A stretch of DNA of 64,000 bases from a virus (taxonomy: Duplodnaviria; Heunggongvirae; Uroviricota; Caudoviricetes). A program made the translations under genes and the position numbers. Location: IMG/VR virus record IMGVR_UViG_3300017917_002560, positions 74,096 through 138,095 of that record; one strand, written 5' to 3'. Shown here piece by piece: positions 50,070-58,734 of the stretch (its first letter is position 1; each line of letters starts with the position of its first letter). The notes beneath the pieces were generated by a model, which was not told the origin of the DNA, did no database searches, and saw nothing but the letters and a program-made list of their open reading frames with translations.

Positions 50070-50602
50070 TACAGTGTCTCGCCGCCTACAGTACGGTTAC
50101 ATGCACATAGCTCGCCAGTTTGCAATGCGTCGAGCACACGCAATGTTTCATCTGGGCTACGACCAACGTTCAAGTTGTTGACAGTAACGTGCTGGATAAC
50201 GTTGTCTGGGTCAACAATGAATGTTGCACGAAGTGCGGCACCTGCTGGAGCATAGAATACACCAAGCTGTTCAATCAAGCTCAACTCACCACGCTGTGTG
50301 TCGGCAAATTGGATGTGCTTGATCTTCTTGAGATCTTCGTGTGCGGCTTGCCATGCAAGTTTGCAGAACTCGTTGTCTGTTGAACCTGTGAGCAATACTG
50401 CATCACGGTCAGCAAAATCTTGGAACAGTTTGTCGTACGCAACAATTTCTGTTGGGCATACGAATGTAAAGTCCTTGGGGTAATAAACAATCACTTTCCA
50501 CTTACCAGCAAATGATTCATCTGTGATAGTAAAGAAGTCATCCTTACCTGGGTTAACGCCGGTAACGGCAAATTTTTCTAGCTTGTGACCAACTGTTTTC
50601 AT
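50069..50602 (-). CDS. Peroxiredoxin (AhpC/Prx family)
   Basis: FTFVCPTEI peroxidatic Cys motif. Confidence 0.75.
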   Translation of the reverse strand: MKTVGHKLEKFAVTGVNPGKDDFFTITDESFAGKWKVIVYYPKDFTFVCPTEIVAYDKLFQDFADRDAVLLTGSTDNEFCKLAWQAAHEDLKKIKHIQFADTQRGELSLIEQLGVFYAPAGAALRATFIVDPDNVIQHVTVNNLNVGRSPDETLRVLDALQTGELCACNRTVGGETL

Positions 50603-50652
50603 AATATCTCCTTGAGTTAAAAAATGGTGCTCAGTGTTACTACTGAGTGTTA

Positions 50653-50681
50653 ATTGTAATAGTATATACCTATAAAGTCAA
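50653..50681 (-). promoter_or_regulatory. Early sigma70-like promoter TTGACT-17-TACAAT upstream of peroxiredoxin
   Basis: gcTTGACTttataggtatatactatTACAATtaac. Confidence 0.5.
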
Positions 50682-50744
50682 GCAAAATAATAGGTTTTTC
50701 CTGAATATTTTTTAATAACGATTATAGGAAAAATCAATAACGAT

Positions 50745-51188
50745 TTAAAAAAGTCTGGCAGTGATGCTGACTCTAAGATCAGTTATATTGACAACTTCGT
50801 GAGGGGAATCGGCTTTGAACACATGCCATTGCTGAGGCTCAATTTTGTAAGATGCTACTTTGGTGATGTAATCATGATCGTAAAATATTGTTTCTGTATC
50901 ACTGCCACCAGTTGCGATTATGTAATTAATTTTGATTTTGGTTCCAATATCCGTGTGTATAGGGACATGGCCGGTCATTAACTGCACACCAAAATATAAG
51001 TCTTGGCCAATGTTAGTCTTGCCCCAGTCGTTTAACTGTTGGGTGCCAAAGTCGCTCCATGTGTATGTGTCATACAAACTGGCATTGTGATGTTGTTGAT
51101 GAACATCAACATCCATTACAATGGACTTTAAAATTTCTTCGGGAATTTTGGGTAAATTTAAATACTGAACATATCTAGGGTCATACAT
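50745..51188 (-). CDS. Hypothetical protein, possible cupin/2OG-Fe(II) oxygenase-like (HTD...H)
   Basis: HVPIHTDIG motif; low specificity. Confidence 0.35.
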   Translation of the reverse strand: MYDPRYVQYLNLPKIPEEILKSIVMDVDVHQQHHNASLYDTYTWSDFGTQQLNDWGKTNIGQDLYFGVQLMTGHVPIHTDIGTKIKINYIIATGGSDTETIFYDHDYITKVASYKIEPQQWHVFKADSPHEVVNITDLRVSITARLF

Positions 51189-51352
51189 CAGCGCCCTCTC
51201 CCGGTAGCTTTCTTGACTGGTCGTCCGGTAATAACTGGAATTGGTTTGATTTTGGATTTTTTGTCAGAAGTGGATGCATCAGCACCGTCGACATGATGCT
51301 GGCCTTTTTTCTTGGCCAGTGCTGATTTAAGCGTGTCAGTAAATTTGGTCAT
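51188..51352 (-). CDS. Possible small basic protein (54 aa)
   Basis: ORF with TGATG stop/start overlap onto downstream gene. Confidence 0.3.
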   Translation of the reverse strand: MTKFTDTLKSALAKKKGQHHVDGADASTSDKKSKIKPIPVITGRPVKKATGRGR

Positions 51353-51361
51353 AGTGGCCTT

Positions 51362-51556
51362 TTACTTGACAGTGGCTTCTTGGATTTGTTTAAGAGCGTC
51401 GATGCAAGTGATCAAACGATCGGGGTTGTTGTTTTTGCGTTTGAGTTCGCGAGTGAGTTGTGCGGCCGCAATAACTAGATCATAACGACTGCCAACATTT
51501 TCGACACATTTCTCAATGTCAATGATTGAGTTACGACTATCTTCAAGACGTTTCAT
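51362..51556 (-). CDS. Hypothetical protein (~64 aa, start MKRLEDSRN)
   Basis: AGGAGT RBS 7 nt upstream of this ATG; longer ORF would overlap promoter. Confidence 0.4.
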   Translation of the reverse strand: MKRLEDSRNSIIDIEKCVENVGSRYDLVIAAAQLTRELKRKNNNPDRLITCIDALKQIQEATVK

Positions 51557-51580
51557 AATGACTCCTATTTGTAATGTTAC

Positions 51581-51609
51581 ATTATAGCAGAAGTTCGTTA
51601 CTGTGTCAA
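51581..51609 (-). promoter_or_regulatory. Early sigma70 consensus promoter TTGACA-17-TATAAT
   Basis: gcTTGACAcagtaacgaacttctgcTATAATgtaa. Confidence 0.6.
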
Positions 51610-51691
51610 GCTGTTTTGGTGCTCCCAACTGGTAACGATCCAGTGTTTCTACATTACCAATGTAGTGTAATACCTTTATACTATGAGAGCG

Positions 51692-53251
51692 TTAGGTCAA
51701 ATTTAATTGTGAATACAATGCCTGTTTGTATTCCTGAATTTTTTTCTCTTTTTTTAGAGTAACACTGTGCCAATCAAATGTACTGACTGATTGATTTATA
51801 ACAGTCTTGGGATCAATGCCTAGGCTACTCATGTACAGTACATCATTGCTTCTTACTTTTAACAAATCTCGTTTTATACTTTCTTGATGGTTCTGACTTG
51901 CTAACATTTTACACTCGTCAAAAGAAGTTAGATCGTTTTCCCATACCAATGACTTGAGCTCGTTGTCAAAGCCAGTTATCCTGTATCCGTATTTTTTGTA
52001 ATTTTTGTCAATGTCACTGCTGAATATCGCAGTTTTAGAAGACCTAATTATCAAGGGATGACAATACCAAACATCAAGTCCAGTTTCGTTATTAACAAGC
52101 TGTTCGTGAGTTTGTTTTATACTGTTGACATCTTCGTAAGGAAGCCCAAAAATAAATCCAGCATGCAACGTTACTGAATTACCGTATTGGTTTTTAATTT
52201 TTTTAACAGTTGCAATTAACTTTTCTCGACTACCGCCCTTGCCAATAAACGACCCAGCTTGTTTGTTAAACGTTTCAATGCCAAAGAAGTTTGCAATACA
52301 TCCGCTACCATACAAAAGATTTATGGTTTCAGGATCAGCAGCCAATAAATCTAGTCTAACATAAGCCCAATATTCTAACTTAAATGGTAGCTTTTTTGAT
52401 ATGTCGTAAATGGCTTGTAGTTTTTCCTTTGAGTCGTTAAATGTGTCGTCAGTAAACACATAACGTGTGGTTCCAAAGCGTTCGTAGTTGTCAATTAGTT
52501 CTGCATACAACACATCTGTGTGTTTGATGTAGTCATTTTTTTCTTGCCGTTTAACGGAAATGAACAGAACTTGCATTGAAAAATACAGCCGCGCCCAATT
52601 TCAATTGGAAGAGTTTCGTTGGGCAACACAATATCGTGTTCATGATATTTCATTTGTGTCCCAACAAAGTCGTAGCCTTTTGCAGTGGGGTCATCAATTA
52701 CAGTAAATTTAAACACACTCTTTCTACTGTTATTAAGAGCATCTCCAAATGCCAGGTGCCGTGCCAAATTGACAGCAGATATATCAGCTAGGCCCTGCAC
52801 AACATAATCGTAATCTGAATTGAAGTCAATGTCTTCTGCATCCGGTCCGCCTAGTACAATTTTACAATTAGGCGATATAGAACGAATCAGTTGTTTGATA
52901 ACTGTATTATATTTTTTTCCGTGGGGCAAAAAAGAACCGGATTCTTTAGGAGAGAATTTTATGCCGCCTTTTTCCCAGTGATTTTCGGCATTGTCAATTA
53001 TTTGTGCGTTATCTACTCCTTGATAAAAAATTGAATTGAATCCAATATACAAGGTTTTATCACTCACAGCAGAATTAAGTATTTGGATAATCTCTTCTAT
53101 AGAAAAAATATGTAAATGGTTGATCACCAACACTTCAAATCCTTCATTGCGCAGAGAATCAGCGACCTTGGTGACTCCCAATAGCCGTTGCAAAAACAGC
53201 GGATGACTGTAATCGGTCATCAGGATGATATTGTGCTTGGTTTTATCAAAC
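51692..53251 (-). CDS. Cobalamin-binding radical SAM protein, apparently split by a frameshift near 52495-52576
   Basis: Upstream ORF (52495..53251/53280) has B12-binding-like N-terminus and IGRGCIFQCKFCSF (CxxxCxxC); downstream ORF (51692..52576) continues rSAM fold; frames overlap 82 nt around an A/T homopolymer. Confidence 0.5.
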
Positions 53252-53296
53252 ATGTTAATATGTATATGCGTTTGAATCAAAAAAAATATTTATTGT

Positions 53297-53378
53297 TGGT
53301 ACCCCTGCTCGGATTCGAACCGAGAAACCGCGGCACACCTTTTGAGAGTGCTGACTTTACCAATTTGTCCACAGGGGC
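53297..53378 (-). tRNA. tRNA-Leu(CAA)-like, long variable arm, CCA encoded
   Basis: Hand fold: T arm ctcgg/attcgaa/ccgag, anticodon loop cucaaaa, acceptor 6 WC+1 GU. Confidence 0.5.
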
Positions 53379-53379
53379 G

Positions 53380-53453
53380 TGGTGGGTTCGACAAGAATTG
53401 AACTTGTGTCTTTGCCATGTCAAAGCAACGTTCTACCATTGAACTACGAACCC
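53380..53453 (-). tRNA. tRNA-Val(GAC)
   Basis: T loop uucaauu, anticodon loop uugacau, perfect acceptor. Confidence 0.55.
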
Positions 53454-53459
53454 AATGAG

Positions 53460-53537
53460 TGGTCGGAATAGCAAGATTCGAACTTGCGACCCCTGGTCCC
53501 CCAGACCAGTGCGCTAACCAGACTGCGCTATACTCCG
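53460..53537 (-). tRNA. tRNA-Pro(GGG)
   Basis: Anticodon arm ctggt/cccccag/accag, D stem gcgc. Confidence 0.55.
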
Positions 53538-53622
53538 TTATATGGCAGGCCCTTCAGGAATTGAACCTTCGACTCCGGCGGTTGGAATGCCGAGAGATCT
53601 GCCAGAGTGAGCCCATAAAACT

Positions 53623-53820
53623 TTATCGACGTTTGCGCCAAGTGTATTCTACACCGTCAGGGCACACACCGTCCTTGATACTATCGGCACCAAAGTGCCC
53701 TACAATTTCCATTCCGTTACCACGAATGGTAACAAAACAATCTAAAACTTTAGCTAGATCCATTGCGGCTTGTAAATCTATTACTTCGGTTTCTTTTTCG
53801 CCGCATACAACACAATACAT
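53623..53820 (-). CDS. Hypothetical small protein (65 aa) within tRNA island
   Basis: ORF between tRNA groups. Confidence 0.35.
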   Translation of the reverse strand: MYCVVCGEKETEVIDLQAAMDLAKVLDCFVTIRGNGMEIVGHFGADSIKDGVCPDGVEYTWRKRR

Positions 53821-54057
53821 TTATTTTTCTTCGTCTCTCTTCAACAACAATGAATTTGCAAACAATCCGGTTTCGCCAGGGCGTGTAGCTGTAAACTATC
53901 GACACAGGGTAGAGCTTACTTCATCCTGCAATAGATAATCCTTGACACCGGAAACAGTCCGGGACCTCTCATCCCAGCAACTGATCCATAGAAGATGCGC
54001 ATTACTGCACAGAGCCTCAAGGGGTATTGCCCCTGCACGAGTCCTTGCTTGCAAAAC

Positions 54058-54140
54058 TGGTGCCCAGGGAGGGACTCGAACCCTCACGGTTTCCCGCCGG
54101 ATTTTGAGTCCGGTGCGTCTACCTATTCCGCCACCTGGGC
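54058..54140 (-). tRNA. tRNA-Leu(CAA), class II
   Basis: Perfect anticodon stem ccgga/tccgg with loop cucaaaa; 11-nt variable arm cgg-gaaa-ccg. Confidence 0.6.
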
Positions 54141-54144
54141 AATT

Positions 54145-54219
54145 TGGTGGGCCCACTAGGAATTGAACCTAGACTCAAGCGATTATGAGTCGCCTGCTTT
54201 ACCATTAAGCTATAGGCCC
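54145..54219 (-). tRNA. tRNA-Met or Ile2 (CAU)
   Basis: Anticodon loop cucauaa; 1-72 paired so elongator-type. Confidence 0.55.
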
Positions 54220-54226
54220 AAAACTT

Positions 54227-54478
54227 TTATTTCTTTGCATCCATTCCGTCTAACACCCAGACTTGAATTGCGTCTAGCTTGTTGGGAGATTCAAATACTT
54301 CTGGGCATTTATGAGCCACTCGATCCAAGTCCCAAGAACCTGGATAATGACGCAACACTGCCAGGGCACGTTGTCGAACAACTTTGGGAACCCGCGGCGT
54401 CTTGGCGGGATTGCAAAGGTCCATCAAGAACTGCTCTGCTGACCTTACTGCTCGATAACGTTCGTCCGGTAGTGTCAT
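54227..54478 (-). CDS. Hypothetical protein (83 aa)
   Basis: ORF downstream of promoter 54506. Confidence 0.45.
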   Translation of the reverse strand: MTLPDERYRAVRSAEQFLMDLCNPAKTPRVPKVVRQRALAVLRHYPGSWDLDRVAHKCPEVFESPNKLDAIQVWVLDGMDAKK

Positions 54479-54505
54479 GATCCTTGCTCTTTAAACTATA
54501 GATGT

Positions 54506-54534
54506 ATTATAGCAATCTAGTATTTAATTGTCAA
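54506..54534 (-). promoter_or_regulatory. Early sigma70 consensus promoter TTGACA-17-TATAAT
   Basis: ctggTTGACAattaaatactagattgcTATAATac. Confidence 0.6.
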
Positions 54535-54659
54535 CCAGTGCTGTGCTTCTTGCTTGTGGGTCAGTATGCATTTTCTAAAAAAGAATCGCTGTAAAACGTT
54601 CTGTTGGTGAAAAATGCATACTTTGGTTTACCTTTTCTGCAAACAACAGTATTACCTTT

Positions 54660-54736
54660 TGGTACCCTGGACGGGACTCGAACCCGTAGAACCTGCGACC
54701 TCAACGCAGTGTGTCTGCCAATTCCACCACCGGGGC
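54660..54736 (-). tRNA. tRNA with anticodon GAG (Leu-type) but class I (short variable arm) shape
   Basis: Perfect anticodon stem ctgcg/cgcag, loop uugaggu; acceptor has one C-A mismatch. Confidence 0.45.
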
Positions 54737-55078
54737 TTATAACCAATACTCTCGACGTGGCTTGCTTTCAATCATGACCTCATGGTCGGGATCACGCTGG
54801 TAACGATGCAGTTCTCGACGTGCTCGCACTTTGTACGGCTTTTGTGAGAACTCGCGATGAAACCAACTGGGCCCACGGTAGTTCATCCAGTGATCTTTTT
54901 TGTCACTGTGGAACTCGGCTAGCTTTTTACGACCTTCTTTACTGTGCGCATCGATTCGCTGATACGCCCAGCGATATGGAGCAGTACGAACTAGCTCTCT
55001 CAACACGTCAGCTTCAAGCCAACGATGTTTCTTAAAACGATATGTACGACTCATCTTTCCTCCTATTGTGATAGTCAC
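54737..55078 (-). CDS. Hypothetical basic protein (113 aa)
   Basis: ORF ending exactly at tRNA 5' end. Confidence 0.45.
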   Translation of the reverse strand: MTITIGGKMSRTYRFKKHRWLEADVLRELVRTAPYRWAYQRIDAHSKEGRKKLAEFHSDKKDHWMNYRGPSWFHREFSQKPYKVRARRELHRYQRDPDHEVMIESKPRREYWL

Positions 55079-55119
55079 AATCGGTGGAAAGTCCTTTTGT
55101 TTTTCTTGATATACATGTT

Positions 55120-55494
55120 TTACCTTACTGCTCGTGCTCGAGCATCAATTACATCATTCATGTCGCATTTGACAACGACATTAGTGTATGTATCAACAAA
55201 TCCGCTGGCATGATCTGTTACGCGGTTGTCGGGTTCGTGATATGTTCTAATACGTTCCTGCCCAGCAAGATACCGTTGTGTATCTTCGTGAAAGTGGGCC
55301 TGCACTCTGCTCAAACAAGTAATGTATGCCGCACGTCGATTGTCTTCTCGACTGCGACTGTTAGTACCATTGGCTTGAATGCCAGTGGGCTCGTGTATGC
55401 AACGGCAACAGTTTTGATGCTTGTTGCGATGCTGTCCGCCTTTTCCTGTGCCCGAGAACCACTCAAAGCGGAATTGGTCTTCTGTGATTTTCAT
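55120..55494 (-). CDS. RF-1/ArfB-like GGQ-domain peptidyl-tRNA hydrolase
   Basis: SGTGKGGQHRNKHQNCCRCIHEPTGI matches class I release factor/ArfB GGQ domain (SGxGGQHVNK...HxPTGI). Confidence 0.65.
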   Translation of the reverse strand: MKITEDQFRFEWFSGTGKGGQHRNKHQNCCRCIHEPTGIQANGTNSRSREDNRRAAYITCLSRVQAHFHEDTQRYLAGQERIRTYHEPDNRVTDHASGFVDTYTNVVVKCDMNDVIDARARAVR

Positions 55495-55502
55495 GGCATT
55501 CC

Positions 55503-55883
55503 TTACAGTAGTGGTAGAGTGCCTGTAACAGCGTCTACGCGGTCTTCACGGTCTGGGCCAACAGCAACGGCGGTATAGGTTTTTACACCACCAAACTCTG
55601 TGAGCCCAGCGTCTTGGATTAAGCTAGCAACAAGTCCTGCCGCTAGTGCCTGATTGTGTATGGCCAACAGCTCTTGTTCACTGTTGACATATACACAGAT
55701 TTTTTTAAAACGTCCTGTAAGCCAAGGGCGCACACGATCGTCCATTTTTAATTCCAGCATGTCATTCTTTACTTGACACAGACCTAGGATAGCACCCATG
55801 GAGGCATGAGCACCTTGTGCTACCATTTTGCCTTTGCGCATGTTTAAATCTTTGCGTAACACTATGACTTGTTTGTGTTCCAT
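55503..55883 (-). CDS. PTH2-family peptidyl-tRNA hydrolase
   Basis: KQVIVLRKDLNMRKGKMVAQGAHAS resembles PTH2 N-terminal block. Confidence 0.65.
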   Translation of the reverse strand: MEHKQVIVLRKDLNMRKGKMVAQGAHASMGAILGLCQVKNDMLELKMDDRVRPWLTGRFKKICVYVNSEQELLAIHNQALAAGLVASLIQDAGLTEFGGVKTYTAVAVGPDREDRVDAVTGTLPLL

Positions 55884-55897
55884 GTGTGTCTCCTTGT

Positions 55898-55973
55898 TGG
55901 TGCCGCCCCCAGGGATCGAACCTGGTTCCTCGGTGCTTCAAACCGGTGCTATGACCACATCAGCTAAAGCGGC
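55898..55973 (-). tRNA. tRNA-Phe(GAA)
   Basis: Anticodon loop uugaagc. Confidence 0.55.
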
Positions 55974-55978
55974 ATGTT

Positions 55979-56053
55979 TGGTACATCCTCACGGTTTCGA
56001 ACCGCGGACCCTTTCCGTGTAAAGGAAACGCTCTACCCCTGAGCTAAGGATGC
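55979..56053 (-). tRNA. tRNA-Val(UAC)
   Basis: Anticodon arm tttcc/gtgtaaa/ggaaa. Confidence 0.6.
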
Positions 56054-56058
56054 GTTAA

Positions 56059-56150
56059 TGGTACTCCCGGGGAGAGTCGAACTCCCATTAGCGGCTTATC
56101 TAGCACTTACCCGTTATAAGCGGGCCGTTTTACCATTAAACTACGGGAGC
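56059..56150 (-). tRNA. Class II tRNA (89 nt) with apparent anticodon UAU; isotype unclear
   Basis: Good acceptor, D arm gttt/taccatt/aaac, T arm; 22-nt variable region; anticodon loop cuuauaa. Confidence 0.4.
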
Positions 56151-56158
56151 CTTGTTGT

Positions 56159-56234
56159 TGGTTGCGGGGCTTGGATTTGAACCAAGGATGGCAAAGGCTT
56201 ATGAGACCTCGCTGGTGACCGGACCCTCCCCGCG
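56159..56234 (-). tRNA. Initiator tRNA-fMet(CAU)
   Basis: 5' CGCGGGG with C1·A72 mismatch, T loop UUCAAAU, anticodon loop cucauaa, as in bacterial tRNAfMet. Confidence 0.65.
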
Positions 56235-56241
56235 CCAGTTG

Positions 56242-56808
56242 TTACAGTAGGCCCACTTCCTTGAGTGAACTTACTATGTCTTCGGTCAACTCAATTTCTG
56301 TGCGAACATTGAGTTCAAGAATTTCGTCGTTGAGCTTTTGTTTTTGCTTCTTGAGGTGCAGTACTAGAGCCTTGAATGTGTCAATTTGTTCTTGACGCAG
56401 TACACCAGTGTTCACAGTGTCACCGTAGCCGTAAATGCGGCTCTTGGCTTCAACATTGCGAAGCTTTTCCAGCTTGCCGTTGATGAGACCCAGTGCTTCT
56501 TGCACATCGGCCTTGGCTAGCTCAGTCATGTGACCAATGCGCTTGTCCAAGTAGGCGCATTCAGCCAACTTGTCTGTGACACCGCACTGTGCATTGGCCA
56601 TGCCAATCATGCTACGAATGCGATACAAGATACGTGTGAGTCGGTCACGTTGGTCGTCACGTGCCACCAACTGAGTGTTGAGAGCAAACAACACCACTTC
56701 TGCGTCCTCAAACTCGTTGAGTGTAGCAGTGGATTTGATTTCAATACCACGGATGAACTCTTGGATTACAGTTTGCAGGGCATTGGCTTTACGCAGAGTG
56801 ATTTTCAT
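56242..56808 (-). CDS. Hypothetical coiled-coil protein (188 aa)
   Basis: ORF downstream of promoter 56829. Confidence 0.5.
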   Translation of the reverse strand: MKITLRKANALQTVIQEFIRGIEIKSTATLNEFEDAEVVLFALNTQLVARDDQRDRLTRILYRIRSMIGMANAQCGVTDKLAECAYLDKRIGHMTELAKADVQEALGLINGKLEKLRNVEAKSRIYGYGDTVNTGVLRQEQIDTFKALVLHLKKQKQKLNDEILELNVRTEIELTEDIVSSLKEVGLL

Positions 56809-56828
56809 TTTGAATTCCTTAAAAAATA

Positions 56829-56857
56829 ATTATATGCTGAATCAATGTGTTAGTCAA
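56829..56857 (-). promoter_or_regulatory. Early sigma70-like promoter TTGACT-17-TATAAT
   Basis: ttgTTGACTaacacattgattcagcaTATAATtatt. Confidence 0.55.
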
Positions 56858-57142
56858 CAAAAAACGGATAAAGAAACGGCAAGTAAATAGCCGGACAACA
56901 TGCAACAGTCAATCGCCCCAGAACACTAATCTCGAGCTAACAACTATCAAAAAACAGAGGACTCAATATCTCCAAGGATCAACAAACAGGGCTATTACGC
57001 CGGACTACCTTGGATCTCTGAGTCACGGAGGCTGTGCAAGCCAATTGTCAGTAATTCCATTTTCACATGGATTACCGTTTTGCTACTCCTCATCTCCGCT
57101 TCTTCAACCGGTTGGTTTTGCAAAAACCAACAAAACAAAACT

Positions 57143-57217
57143 TGGCTCCCCAGCGTGGGCTCGAACCACGGACCAAAGGATTAACAGTCCTCTACTCTAC
57201 CTCTGAGCTACTAGGGA
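57143..57217 (-). tRNA. tRNA-Asn(GUU)
   Basis: Anticodon loop cuguuaa, acceptor 6 WC+1 GU, G73. Confidence 0.65.
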
Positions 57218-57241
57218 ATGGGTTAACACAGTATTTGTCCT

Positions 57242-57270
57242 ATTATACTCCCTGTGTTATGGAGAGTCAA
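57242..57270 (-). promoter_or_regulatory. Early sigma70-like promoter TTGACT-17-TATAAT driving tRNA-Asn
   Basis: TTGACTctccataacacagggagTATAATagg. Confidence 0.55.
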
Positions 57271-57276
57271 CTGTTA

Positions 57277-57708
57277 TTATAAAAAAGCGTACTCGTAATT
57301 GACCGATTCTTCGTTGTCGCTCAGCACAGTTGCGCCGTTTTTCAAGTGGAATCGTCGAGCCATTTCGGTCTTGGGACTCAAGGTCACAAAACGTGTGATT
57401 TCAGGAAACTGTCTACGTATCTCTTCTACAGTGGCACGTAACAGTTCTGCGCCGGCACCAGGAGCATAACTCCATATGGTGTAGAAAACCGCAGTGTTAG
57501 GGTTCTCTGCGTCACCTAAGTCGCTGACTCGAGTAGGAACTCGATCCAGCAGGTTCACGCAGACCATGGCACGTGGGCGGTCTTCAACTAGAGCACTGAC
57601 AAATCGATTCTTACCAACCCTGAACTCTCTAGAGATTTCTGGTCTAACAGGATCATCTTTGACGTACTCCAGTAGTGGATCTAGTGGGTTCGCTACAAAC
57701 GTCAACAT
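57277..57708 (-). CDS. Hypothetical protein (143 aa)
   Basis: ORF. Confidence 0.45.
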   Translation of the reverse strand: MLTFVANPLDPLLEYVKDDPVRPEISREFRVGKNRFVSALVEDRPRAMVCVNLLDRVPTRVSDLGDAENPNTAVFYTIWSYAPGAGAELLRATVEEIRRQFPEITRFVTLSPKTEMARRFHLKNGATVLSDNEESVNYEYAFL

Positions 57709-57761
57709 AATATTTGTATATATCTCAGATGCTGAATTTTTGTATTACAGCAATATTACAA

Positions 57762-57837
57762 TGGAGCGGGTAGCGAGATTCGAACTCGTCTCTTGAGGTT
57801 TGGAAGACCGCCGTGCAACCGTAAACACTTTACCCGC
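57762..57837 (-). tRNA. tRNA-Gly(UCC)
   Basis: Anticodon loop cuuccaa, U73 discriminator, perfect acceptor gcgggta/tacccgc. Confidence 0.6.
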
Positions 57838-58131
57838 ATCTTAGTGAAACACTCTAAAGGTTTTCTTCCCGGGACCCAGATCCACCTTAAACTGGTCGAT
57901 GTTTTGTAGAATGTTTCATTAAGATGTTTAGCTACTCTCACCACAAGAGCCCTAAACTGGGTGGTTACCCCGTCCACGTTCTTTTCCATTTAGACGGGCA
58001 ATCGTCCCCGCCTTTGTGATTTCTCAAGTCGCCCATGTAAGCGGGCCTTGCAGTAGATCCAATGCACTGTGTCTTTTATGGTACAGACAATTGACCCCCG
58101 TTTACTAACGGCTACGGGATGCCGGGTTGTT

Positions 58132-58215
58132 TGGTGCCCCAGGGGAGACTCGAACTCCCACGCCTTTCGACAATGGCTTCTAAGACCATCGTGTCTACCA
58201 TTCCACCACCAGGGC
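58132..58215 (-). tRNA. tRNA-Leu(UAG), class II
   Basis: Anticodon loop cuuagaa, 13-nt variable region. Confidence 0.55.
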
Positions 58216-58239
58216 ATTTGTTATATTATAACAAACTCA

Positions 58240-58713
58240 TCAAGCATTTGCAACCTTTAATCCACGCATACGGTCAGCGGCATAGCTTGCGGCAAATGCG
58301 TCGGGCTTGACCATGGGAATAATGTTGCAAGTGCCTCGAATGTAACCAATGGCTTGTGCAATGACATTTGAACTCTTGTGCATATCGTTGGGGTTTAAGT
58401 CCAAATGCACTTCAACATGTCGTCCTTCAAGGACATCGGCTAATTTTAGATACAGTTCGCTGACTTTGTAAACTTCAGTCATCAAACGTGTGTTGGGTTT
58501 GTCAACTCGATCGTAATCGCGTTCTTTGGTAATCTCACCAAACAGTTTGCAACCATTGTTACCATTGACGTGAACAACGATGGCGGCTGTGTAGTAGGCC
58601 CAAAACTCTCCTCCGATCTTTACACGTTCGCTATCGCAACCAAGATACACACGAGTATCTGGGCTTTGTGCTAGAATAAATTCACGCACTACATCAATGT
58701 CAAACTTCTTCAT
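58240..58713 (-). CDS. Hypothetical protein (start MKKFDIDV)
   Basis: ORF between tRNAs; longer N-terminus to 58767 unlikely. Confidence 0.45.
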   Translation of the reverse strand: MKKFDIDVVREFILAQSPDTRVYLGCDSERVKIGGEFWAYYTAAIVVHVNGNNGCKLFGEITKERDYDRVDKPNTRLMTEVYKVSELYLKLADVLEGRHVEVHLDLNPNDMHKSSNVIAQAIGYIRGTCNIIPMVKPDAFAASYAADRMRGLKVANA

Positions 58714-58734
58714 GATTACCTCTCGTAAAAATCT

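Noticed and set aside
54019-54035. Hairpin aggggtattgcccct as an intrinsic terminator
   Set aside because: No U-tract follows on either strand, so it is more likely part of a structured spacer.
54270-54300. GGAGATTCAAATAC T-loop-like motif as an extra tRNA
   Set aside because: Lies inside the 54227..54478 CDS with no flanking acceptor or anticodon structure.
57108-57135. Hairpin ggttggttttgcaaaaaccaac after tRNA-Asn as an intrinsic terminator
   Set aside because: On the transcribed minus strand the U-rich run precedes rather than follows the stem, so it is not a canonical terminator. It could still be a processing hairpin.
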